Virus record (IMG/VR): IMGVR_UViG_3300022866_000322
Coordinates: 62,001 to 126,000 of that record
DNA length: 64,000 nt
Reading direction: 5' to 3' (one strand)
In this document: piece after piece, positions 1-7,071 of the stretch
Position numbering within the stretch: the stretch's first letter is position 1
How the letters are laid out: every line of letters begins with the position of its first letter
The notes under the pieces: model-generated
Seen by the model: the letters and a program-made list of their open reading frames with translations, nothing else
Told to the model about the DNA's origin: nothing
The model's database searches: none
Position numbers and translations under genes: made by a program

Positions 1-456
1 CTACAGTTTGATCAACTTTTAATAGTGGACAATGGTAGTCCAGAGCTTCCAGGCTGGGGCGATAACAGAATAATTTACAATCTTGATCGACCTTGGTTTG
101 CAAACAAGGATATCATAATATATCGTTACGAAGATACGATAGATACTGATGACCACCTAATCAGATCTGCACAAGTTGCTAAAGAATATACCACACTGTA
201 TGGTTTTGACAAATTGCTACACATGGAATCTGATGTGTACATTTTAAGCAAACGATTGGCTAAATTTATTAATGAACAAGACTTGGTAACTTTCCCTGGT
301 GAACTATGTGCAGATTACATAGGAGACAACTACGGCCAGACTCATGACGTACTACCAAACAATATAGATTATGCTACTGGAATTGGTGAAGATTGGGACG
401 ATGTACACCAAAAACATCTTGACAAGAAGCGTAATTACACATATAATAGAACTTAA
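1..456 (+). CDS. 5'-truncated ORF, glycosyltransferase (GT-A)-like
   Basis: Frame is open from base 1 (LQFDQLLIVDNGS...). IVDNGS resembles the GT2 N-terminal motif and LHMESDVYIL resembles the acidic metal-binding strand. Confidence 0.45.
   Translation, partial: LQFDQLLIVDNGSPELPGWGDNRIIYNLDRPWFANKDIIIYRYEDTIDTDDHLIRSAQVAKEYTTLYGFDKLLHMESDVYILSKRLAKFINEQDLVTFPGELCADYIGDNYGQTHDVLPNNIDYATGIGEDWDDVHQKHLDKKRNYTYNRT
419..447 (+). promoter_or_regulatory. Consensus sigma70 promoter upstream of the tRNA cluster
   Basis: TTGACA (419-424), 17 nt spacer, TATAAT (442-447). Confidence 0.85.
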
Positions 457-482
457 GAAATTAGGAAAGTTGTAGTAGTAAC

Positions 483-572
483 GGAAGTGTGGCCGAGTGG
501 CTTAAGGCGGGAGATTACTAATCTCTTGTACGTGCAAACGTACCGTGGGTTCGAATCCTACCACTTCCGCCA
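483..572 (+). tRNA. tRNA-Ser, anticodon ACU (unusual A34), long variable arm, encoded CCA
   Basis: Acceptor GGAAGTG/CACTTCC with G73 and CCA; anticodon arm GGAGA-TTACTAA-TCTCT (ACT at 517-519); variable arm GTACG...CGTAC; T loop TTCGAAT. Confidence 0.9.
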
Positions 573-602
573 AATGTTTTAACAAGATACAATGGAGATA
601 GT

Positions 603-758
603 ATGACAGTTAATAAGAAGAACAGCCCATTAACATATGAATCAGGCAAGCTAAGACTCGGTCCATTAAGCACAGGAAAACTAGAAGAAATGTTGAAAAC
701 TTGTAGACCAAGACACAAGAACAAAATTATTAACGAGATAGCAAAGAGAAGTAAATAA
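603..758 (+). CDS. Small basic hypothetical protein (51 aa) between tRNAs
   Basis: GGAGA Shine-Dalgarno at 594-598; MTVNKKNSPLTYESGKLRLGPLSTGKLEEMLKTCRPRHKNKIINEIAKRSK; below the ORF-track cutoff. Confidence 0.6.
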   Translation: MTVNKKNSPLTYESGKLRLGPLSTGKLEEMLKTCRPRHKNKIINEIAKRSK

Positions 759-764
759 ACGCAT

Positions 765-841
765 GCTGGTGTAGCTCAGTTGGTAGTAGCGCCTGCTTTG
801 TAAGCAGGATGTCGGGAGTTCGAGTCTCTCCTCCAGCACCA
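765..841 (+). tRNA. tRNA-Thr(UGU), encoded CCA
   Basis: GCTGGTG...CTCCAGC-A-CCA; anticodon arm CCTGC-TTTGTAA-GCAGG; T arm GGGAG-TTCGAGT-CTCTC. Confidence 0.9.
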
Positions 842-846
842 ACCTT

Positions 847-921
847 GTCCGGTTCGTCTATCGGTTAGGACTCGGGATTTTCATTCCCGCAAGAGGGGTT
901 CGACTCCCCTACCGGATGCCA
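847..921 (+). tRNA. tRNA-Glu(UUC), encoded CCA
   Basis: GTCCGGT...ACCGGAT-G-CCA; anticodon arm CGGGA-TTTTCAT-TCCCG; T arm AGGGG-TTCGACT-CCCCT. Confidence 0.9.
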
Positions 922-938
922 AGTATAAGGAAACACTA

Positions 939-1163
939 ATGAAAAATGGATTGCGTTGGTTCGGCTTCATACTAGCAATGGTTAGTGCTTTCCTTTTAAG
1001 CGGAGGTAATCCTGATGTGCAATGGATGGGCTGGGCAGTTGGTACAGTTAGTTCTGCAATGTGGGTTTACTTTGGTTTTAAGGATAGTGATACTCCTAGA
1101 GCATTAATGGAAGTAATGTATTTGTTACTTGCGATGAGAGGAATATATAATTGGGTAATCTAA
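939..1163 (+). CDS. Small membrane protein (about 3 TM)
   Basis: AAGGA SD; three hydrophobic segments in 74 aa. Confidence 0.7.
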   Translation: MKNGLRWFGFILAMVSAFLLSGGNPDVQWMGWAVGTVSSAMWVYFGFKDSDTPRALMEVMYLLLAMRGIYNWVI

Positions 1164-1166
1164 ATA
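1160..1166 (+). promoter_or_regulatory. T4-like late promoter motif (CTAAATA) before clpP
   Basis: Same NTAAATA motif that recurs just upstream of many genes in the window. Confidence 0.55.
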
Positions 1167-1179
1167 ATAAAGGAACAGT

Positions 1180-1770
1180 ATGTCACTAGTACCAATGGTA
1201 ATTGAAACAACGTCAAAAGGCGAACGTGCTTATGATATCTACAGTAGATTACTCAAAGAGCGTATTATTATGCTGAATGGTCCTGTGGAAGATAACATGA
1301 GTAATTTAATTGTTAGCCAACTGCTGTTCCTAGAATCAGAAGACCCAGACAAGGATATTAATTTATTTGTTAACAGTCCAGGTGGTGTTATTACAGCAGG
1401 CATGGCTATATACGATACCATGCAGTTTATCAAATGTGATGTAGCAACCTATGTGATTGGACAAGCATGTTCAATGGGGTCATTCCTAGCACAAGCAGGA
1501 GCGCCAGGCAAGCGTCACATGTTGCCCTATGCTAGACACATGATTCATCAGCCCAGTGGCGGCACACGCGGTATGCAGAGTGATATAGAAATACAGTACA
1601 AAGAAATTACCAAGATGAAAGAAATACTCACAGAGTTGTATGTTAAACACAACACAGCAGGCAAGACATATGACGACTTTGAGATTGACATGGACCGTGA
1701 TACATTCATGAGTTCAGAAGAATCATTGGAATACGGATTAATAGACAAAATTATTGACAAAAGGCCATAA
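1180..1770 (+). CDS. clpP: ATP-dependent Clp protease proteolytic subunit
   Basis: [31 protein letters not shown] (catalytic Ser), MIHQPSGG (catalytic His). Confidence 0.97.
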   Translation: MSLVPMVIETTSKGERAYDIYSRLLKERIIMLNGPVEDNMSNLIVSQLLFLESEDPDKDINLFVNSPGGVITAGMAIYDTMQFIKCDVATYVIGQACSMGSFLAQAGAPGKRHMLPYARHMIHQPSGGTRGMQSDIEIQYKEITKMKEILTELYVKHNTAGKTYDDFEIDMDRDTFMSSEESLEYGLIDKIIDKRP

Positions 1771-1791
1771 TAAACCCGGATTATTAGCTGA

Positions 1792-2490
1792 ATGGCAACT
1801 CAAGAGCAAAAAGAAAAACTGGTAGAAATACTCAAATTCACTTCATGTACATATACGATCAGTATCTCAGGATACGGCAGGGAGCACGTGGTTGGATGTA
1901 TTCCCAATCAGTCTAGTATCAAGTACCTAAAGGACAACAACATTCAGTGGGAGCATGCACTGTTTATGGATCTTGATGAGTGGGTAGACGATGGGCATAA
2001 ACTACCAGACCATCCGTTAATCGACGATGATGGTGTGTATGCACGTGACTGGAGTGAGCTGGATGACATTTGCCGTTGCTGGGGTGCTGAGCGAGGTGTT
2101 TACACCTATATATCAATTGACGATGAGAATGGCGATCCTGTAATTGAGTTCAGCACAGACTACGAAACATTAACCAATTTGGGTGTGAGTTACGAGTCGG
2201 AATCTGAGGTAGATATAGATAATGTAGAGAAGGCACAACAGTATAGAAAAAAAGGACGCTGGATTGCAGAAGTCTGCAATTTCGAAGAAGGAACGTTTTT
2301 TGTGGGTGATATAGAACTAACACAACCGTTTGACATCACAAAACTATTAGTGTATGCTTCAACTATAAACGAATCACCAGACATTATTAATGGTGTTAGT
2401 TACGATAATAATCCAATTGACTACCTTGACAATAACATTATTAACAATAGTATCGAAAGCAATCTTATTGATTTAGATGAATGGACATGA
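1792..2490 (+). CDS. Acidic hypothetical protein
   Basis: Long ORF in operon-like context; no recognised motif. Confidence 0.65.
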   Translation: MATQEQKEKLVEILKFTSCTYTISISGYGREHVVGCIPNQSSIKYLKDNNIQWEHALFMDLDEWVDDGHKLPDHPLIDDDGVYARDWSELDDICRCWGAERGVYTYISIDDENGDPVIEFSTDYETLTNLGVSYESESEVDIDNVEKAQQYRKKGRWIAEVCNFEEGTFFVGDIELTQPFDITKLLVYASTINESPDIINGVSYDNNPIDYLDNNIINNSIESNLIDLDEWT

Positions 2491-2491
2491 A

Positions 2492-2926
2492 ATGCAAACA
2501 CTTAAAGTAGGATTCACCTGCAGTACGTTTGATTTACTTCATGCCGGGCATGTGACCATGTTAGAAGATGCGAGAAGTCAATGTGACTATTTGATATGTG
2601 GATTACAGGTTGACCCTACCCTGGATCGTCCAGAAAAGAACTCACCTATACAGTCTGTGGTGGAACGATATACACAGCTCAAAGCATTATCTTGTGTAGA
2701 TGAAATAGTTCCGTATGCTTACGAACGTGACTTAGAAGATATACTCAGCATGTACAATATTGATGTGCGTATACTAGGTGATGAGTATGCTACCAAAGAC
2801 TTCACAGGTAAAGACATCTGTAAACAGCGTGGCATACAGCTATACTTTAACAAGCGTGAACACAGATTCAGTTCAAGCGAACTGCGTCAACGAGTAGCGG
2901 CTAAAGAGAAGTCTTCTTCTTCTTAG
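2492..2926 (+). CDS. Cytidylyltransferase (glycerol-3-phosphate cytidylyltransferase/TagD-like)
   Basis: GFTCSTFDLLHAGH (HxGH motif), ILGDEY, REHRFSSSELR. Start moved to ATG 2492. Confidence 0.9.
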   Translation: MQTLKVGFTCSTFDLLHAGHVTMLEDARSQCDYLICGLQVDPTLDRPEKNSPIQSVVERYTQLKALSCVDEIVPYAYERDLEDILSMYNIDVRILGDEYATKDFTGKDICKQRGIQLYFNKREHRFSSSELRQRVAAKEKSSSS

Positions 2927-3074
2927 TGGTTGACTTGGCTTTAGTTGGTTTGTACACATCAGTTATTTCAGTTGATTCCATTGGTATTGCTTTTGCCTTT
3001 TGTTTTTCTTTCGCTTCTCTTTTGGCTTGCATTTCTGCTGGAGTTATTGTGTTGCCTTTAACTTTAAAAACCAT
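2901..3074 (-). CDS. Small Lys-rich hypothetical protein, probably late
   Basis: On the minus strand, TATAAATA (3110-3103) and an AAAGGA SD precede MVFKVKGNTIT...KKKKTSL. Confidence 0.65.
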   Translation of the reverse strand: MVFKVKGNTITPAEMQAKREAKEKQKAKAIPMESTEITDVYKPTKAKSTTKKKKTSL

Positions 3075-3102
3075 GATCGACATTTCCTTTAATTGTTATA
3101 AG

Positions 3103-3110
3103 TATTTATA
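3103..3110 (-). promoter_or_regulatory. Exact T4 late promoter consensus TATAAATA
   Basis: Forward strand reads TATTTATA at 3103-3110. Confidence 0.65.
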
Positions 3111-3349
3111 TGCTGGTCGATCATTATCATCCCTTCAGGTTCCATGCAACAGTGCCATGGCCTGGACAACCAGACAATCCACAAGTGGATTGGGTATGGG
3201 GTATTGGGCAAATTGAAGACTGGTTGCAACAGTGCATTGGTTCTAGGCATCAACTATGGGCATACGATGATTGCCCTGCAACGTATCAATTAGGAGTAGC
3301 ATTCAAGTGGGACAAGGATCGAACACTTTTTGTATTAACTTGGTCATAA
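3110..3349 (+). CDS. Hypothetical protein (Trp-rich)
   Basis: 79 aa ORF abutting the next gene. Confidence 0.6.
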   Translation: MLVDHYHPFRFHATVPWPGQPDNPQVDWVWGIGQIEDWLQQCIGSRHQLWAYDDCPATYQLGVAFKWDKDRTLFVLTWS

Positions 3350-3353
3350 ACTA

Positions 3354-4511
3354 ATGGCAGAGCTCAACAAAGAGTTCTTCTGCCCAGCTCCCTTTGCAGG
3401 AGGTTATGTTGACGTAAAGAAGATAGCATATCCTTGCTGTAAAATACGTGTAACAGAATTTGAAAATGATCCAGGTTGCGACTTAACTAAAAACAACCTA
3501 TCAACAGCATATCATAGTAAATCTTTTAAAGATCTGAGGGAACAGTTCGAAAACAATGAGAAACCTGATCAATGTCAGGAATGTTGGCGTGCCGAAGACG
3601 CAGGTTGTGAGAGTGAAAGAAATCACCTAACTAAGTTAATCACTACTGATACAAACAGTTTGAATTCGGCTAACGTAGGACTTAAAAAGTTACAAATAGT
3701 GCCGAGTATCACCTGCAATTTCAAATGTAGAATTTGCGACAGTAATTTTAGTTCAGCTATTGCTATGGAAGAAATAAAATTTGCAGAGGCCGCAAATAAA
3801 GAAAAACTTTTATTAAATTTGCAAAATCGCAGTCTAATAGACATAGAATACACTAAAAGAATATTGCAAGACAGTTTATCTGGTTTGACAATGTTACAAG
3901 TATTGGGTGGCGAGCCGACACTGATGAAAAACTTGCCAGAGCTACTAGAGTATATAATTGCACAAGGAGATCACAAACACATAGACCTTGCAATTAACAC
4001 CAATGGCAGTATTTGGTCTGACCGTTTAACGGAAATACTACAAAAATTTAAAAGTTGTAAAATGCTAATTAGCATAGATGCTTTTGGTAAAAGATTTGAA
4101 GATCAACGTGGGGGTTGTTGGCAAGATATTGAAGATAATTTCGACAGATGGTTGACTGTTCCAAACGTTTCTGTAATAATAACAGCAACAGTCAGCATAC
4201 AAAATGTATTATATGTAGATGAAATTGTAGACTTTGTAAAAAGTAAAGGAGTTTTTGTAGGTTGGAATTATGTAGATGACCCTAGTGAATTATCCATAGA
4301 TAACTTAACACAGACGGCAAAAGACTTGGTATACTTGAAGTACATAAATCACGAATCTAACGAGTTGCATGGTATTGCTACTCGGGTAATGCAAACTCCA
4401 GCAGTGTCTGGACAGAAATTTATTAGCCTAATGGACCTTTACGATTTACGTAGAGGTACTAACTTTAAACAATCACATGGAGAGATATATGATGCAATGT
4501 CAGCTAAGTAG
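3354..4511 (+). CDS. Radical SAM protein with N-terminal twitch/SPASM-like Cys cluster
   Basis: CNFKCRIC (CX3CX2C), LGGEPTL, NTNG; N-terminal CPAPF...YPCC...QCQECW. Confidence 0.85.
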   Translation: MAELNKEFFCPAPFAGGYVDVKKIAYPCCKIRVTEFENDPGCDLTKNNLSTAYHSKSFKDLREQFENNEKPDQCQECWRAEDAGCESERNHLTKLITTDTNSLNSANVGLKKLQIVPSITCNFKCRICDSNFSSAIAMEEIKFAEAANKEKLLLNLQNRSLIDIEYTKRILQDSLSGLTMLQVLGGEPTLMKNLPELLEYIIAQGDHKHIDLAINTNGSIWSDRLTEILQKFKSCKMLISIDAFGKRFEDQRGGCWQDIEDNFDRWLTVPNVSVIITATVSIQNVLYVDEIVDFVKSKGVFVGWNYVDDPSELSIDNLTQTAKDLVYLKYINHESNELHGIATRVMQTPAVSGQKFISLMDLYDLRRGTNFKQSHGEIYDAMSAK

Positions 4512-4530
4512 TTTTATAGGAGACGCAATA

Positions 4531-4917
4531 GTGAACTGGAAAGAACGACTTGTAGGAGCAGTGGGTAGTTTAATAGCAATATGTTTATTGATGTGGTTGA
4601 TCATTGCAACCATTCCTGCACATGCAGGAGTAACAGGAACAGCCGCACCAGGATCAGGTGCTAACGTAAAGCCAGCAGGTGAACTGGTAATTAAGAACAA
4701 CTACTGTGTAGCATGCCACAATGTAAATGTTAAAATGGTAGGTCCGGCATTTAAAGACATAGCCGCAAAGTACACAGAAGCTGACAGAGAGTATTTGGTT
4801 GAAAAGATACTCAAAGGCAGTATGGGTGTATGGGGTCAGATTCCTATGCCACCAAATGCTGTAGACCAACAGCAAGCAAATCAAGCAATTACTTGGATCC
4901 TAAGCCTTGAAAAATAG
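4531..4917 (+). CDS. Secreted class I cytochrome c (c551/c552-like)
   Basis: AGGAG SD and GTG start; signal peptide ending PAHA; CVACH heme motif (4705-4719); VGPAFKDIAAKY; GVWGQIPMPPN (axial Met). Confidence 0.9.
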   Translation: MNWKERLVGAVGSLIAICLLMWLIIATIPAHAGVTGTAAPGSGANVKPAGELVIKNNYCVACHNVNVKMVGPAFKDIAAKYTEADREYLVEKILKGSMGVWGQIPMPPNAVDQQQANQAITWILSLEK

Positions 4918-4918
4918 G

Positions 4919-4947
4919 TTGACTTTGCTACCAAAAGAGTCTATAAT
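4919..4947 (+). promoter_or_regulatory. sigma70 promoter
   Basis: TTGACT, 17 nt, TATAAT. Confidence 0.8.
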
Positions 4948-4979
4948 ATACGTATATTATAAACACAAACAATAAAACT

Positions 4980-5321
4980 ATGACATTCTTAGACCTTATA
5001 TTTTTTATCATGCTTGGTTATCTAATCTGGAATCTATTTGCCAGTTATGTGCTAAAGCAAAAGCTATCAGCGTATGTTGCTGGCATGGAGCAAGCACGGG
5101 TTGGTGTTAAGGCACTGGAAGAAAAAGTAATGATAGTTAAAACAGAAATAATACAGTTCGAACAAGATAAAGAACTTGTGTTATTATATGATCGCAACAA
5201 CAGTTTCCTAGGACAAGGACCAACTGAAGATGAAGCCATTGATAGCATTCGCAAGGAGTACCCTACTGAAACTTTTGTTTTAGTAGATGCTGATACTAAA
5301 CTAAGCGAGCCTGCAGTATGA
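4980..5321 (+). CDS. Hypothetical protein with N-terminal membrane anchor
   Basis: Hydrophobic N-terminus; directly downstream of a promoter. Confidence 0.7.
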   Translation: MTFLDLIFFIMLGYLIWNLFASYVLKQKLSAYVAGMEQARVGVKALEEKVMIVKTEIIQFEQDKELVLLYDRNNSFLGQGPTEDEAIDSIRKEYPTETFVLVDADTKLSEPAV

Positions 5322-5701
5322 CCATGCACTTAGAAGGCCCGTGGCTCAGTACCACAGGCAAAAGCAAGCGTAAACACAAGTACCGTACAGCAGAGGCCGC
5401 ACAACAAGCAAGAAAAAATTCAGAAAATTGGAAGCAGTTGCTGGACAAGCATAACGTGCCGGAACCTGCTAAACGTGTACCCAAGCGTTTGGAAAAAAGT
5501 GTTTACGTTGAGACAAAGGGGTATCGCAGGGAGACACCGCACATACCGAGTCTGAGTACGGGTGTTGGCACAGCAGTGAAAGCGCCTGACAAGGTATACA
5601 CAGGCAACAAAATTATAGGCATAGGCACACTGCACAAATCAAATGCAGTTCCTGTGTTTAGTAATGAAGATGCAATAGCCATCAGCAAAATGAGGAGATA
5701 G
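5318..5701 (+). CDS. Basic hypothetical phage protein
   Basis: ATGA overlap with upstream gene; [23 protein letters not shown] resembles a motif I recall from large myoviruses. Confidence 0.75.
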   Translation: MTMHLEGPWLSTTGKSKRKHKYRTAEAAQQARKNSENWKQLLDKHNVPEPAKRVPKRLEKSVYVETKGYRRETPHIPSLSTGVGTAVKAPDKVYTGNKIIGIGTLHKSNAVPVFSNEDAIAISKMRR

Positions 5702-5702
5702 A

Positions 5703-5921
5703 TTGGCAAAGGAAGAACTACTAACATTCGAAGGTGAAATAACAGACCTTCTACCAAACGCAAGTTTTCGTGTTAAGTTAGAAAACGATCACGAAATTAT
5801 AGCCACACTTGCTGGCAAACTAAGACGATTTAACATTAGAGTAGCACTTGGTGACAAGGTTGATATTGAAATGAGTCCATATGATTTAAACCGCGGACGC
5901 ATAGTATATCGCACTAAATAG
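5703..5921 (+). CDS. infA: Translation initiation factor IF-1
   Basis: [28 protein letters not shown]...[33 protein letters not shown]; TTG start. Confidence 0.95.
   Translation: MAKEELLTFEGEITDLLPNASFRVKLENDHEIIATLAGKLRRFNIRVALGDKVDIEMSPYDLNRGRIVYRTK
5914..5920 (+). promoter_or_regulatory. Late promoter motif CTAAATA, 5 nt before the SOD start codon
   Basis: CTAAATA-gtagt-ATG with no SD. Confidence 0.55.
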
Positions 5922-5925
5922 TAGT

Positions 5926-6507
5926 ATGCTTACTACAGAACTTATACCCAATCAGACGTACACTTCAGAGGATACTACTTGTCCTCGAACTAAAGCGGCG
6001 GCTTGCCAATGTGAGTCTGTTAATGCAATCTCAGAGGATCAAGATTTTACACAAGCAGTATGTGAACTAGACCACAGTGACAAAGTCAAAGGTACTATTC
6101 TTTTAGTTAGCAAACCTGGAAAAGGCACACTGATCCGAGGACAAATAACGGGCCTTGAACCCGGAGAGCACGGGTTTCACATACACGAGTATGGTGATCT
6201 AAGCAACGGATGCGAAAGTGCTGGGGCTCATTACAATCCAGACGGTGTAGACCACGGTGACATCAGCAAAGGACATGTAGGCGATCTAGGTAATGTTATT
6301 GCTAATGACAAAGGTGTTGCTAACTTTATGATAAAGGCACCCCGAGTGGATCTAACAGGAGATCGGAGTGTTGTAGGTAGAGCAATAGTAATACATAGCA
6401 AACAAGATGACCTTGGAAAAGGCGGAGACGAAGAATCATTGAAGACTGGGAATGCTGGTGATCGACTGGCATGTGGAGTTATAGTCTTACGTGGTTCTGA
6501 TGATTAG
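5926..6507 (+). CDS. sodC: Cu/Zn superoxide dismutase with N-terminal extension
   Basis: GFHIHEYGD, GAHYNP, HG...HVGDLGN, VIHSKQDDLG, GNAGDRLACGVI. Confidence 0.95.
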   Translation: MLTTELIPNQTYTSEDTTCPRTKAAACQCESVNAISEDQDFTQAVCELDHSDKVKGTILLVSKPGKGTLIRGQITGLEPGEHGFHIHEYGDLSNGCESAGAHYNPDGVDHGDISKGHVGDLGNVIANDKGVANFMIKAPRVDLTGDRSVVGRAIVIHSKQDDLGKGGDEESLKTGNAGDRLACGVIVLRGSDD

Positions 6508-6552
6508 TGATGTCTACCTAATGGTTAATGGTACTTTTGTATTGGAGAATTT

Positions 6553-6702
6553 ATGAATACTAAAGGAATATGCAGAGCATGCTTGCATGCCGCACACTGT
6601 GGACACAGTTGTGTAGATGAACACTGCGACTACTGCACAGAATGTTATTGTGAAAAATGCAACCCTATAAAGGAAGAACATTATGGAAATATTAACAGTT
6701 GA
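6553..6702 (+). CDS. Cys/His-rich 49-aa peptide, metallothionein-like
   Basis: GGAG SD; [49 protein letters not shown] (9 Cys, 5 His); missed by the ORF track. Confidence 0.7.
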   Translation: MNTKGICRACLHAAHCGHSCVDEHCDYCTECYCEKCNPIKEEHYGNINS

Positions 6703-7015
6703 ACAAAGCGCAACAAGTAAACTAAAAGAACTTATCGCAGAAGAAGACAACCCAAACCTTAAACTGCGTATATTTGTGCAAGGTGGCGGCTGTAGTGGCT
6801 TCCAATATGGGTTTACATTCGACGAAGACACTGCTGATGATGATTACAGCATAGATGCCGGTGACGGAGTTGGTATTCTAATAGATCATATGAGTGCAGA
6901 ATACCTTAAAGGTTCCACAATCAAGTTCACAAAGGATTTGATGAGCCAAAGTTTTGCTATTGTCAACCCTAATGCTACAGCAACTTGCGGATGTGGAAGC
7001 AGTTTTAACGCATAA
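6683..7015 (+). CDS. erpA: A-type Fe-S carrier (ErpA/IscA/HesB family)
   Basis: [20 protein letters not shown] and [14 protein letters not shown]. Confidence 0.92.
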   Translation: MEILTVEQSATSKLKELIAEEDNPNLKLRIFVQGGGCSGFQYGFTFDEDTADDDYSIDAGDGVGILIDHMSAEYLKGSTIKFTKDLMSQSFAIVNPNATATCGCGSSFNA

Positions 7016-7045
7016 CCCCCCAAAACCTTAAACTTTATAACTGCC

Positions 7046-7052
7046 ATAAATA
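7046..7052 (+). promoter_or_regulatory. Late promoter motif ATAAATA before the structural block
   Basis: Directly upstream of GAGG SD and the 1745-aa fibre gene. Confidence 0.6.
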
Positions 7053-7071
7053 CTCTGTATGAGGATGATTT

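Noticed and set aside
510-526. Reading the first tRNA as an amber suppressor (CUA)
   Set aside because: The stem symmetry fixes a 7-nt loop at 515-521 with ACT central; CTA is off by one base.
518-724. Minus-strand 68-aa ORF
   Set aside because: Overlaps tRNA-Ser and a better supported + strand ORF.
1742-1782. sigma70 promoter at the end of clpP
   Set aside because: TTGACA at 1754 has no -10 element at a suitable spacing.
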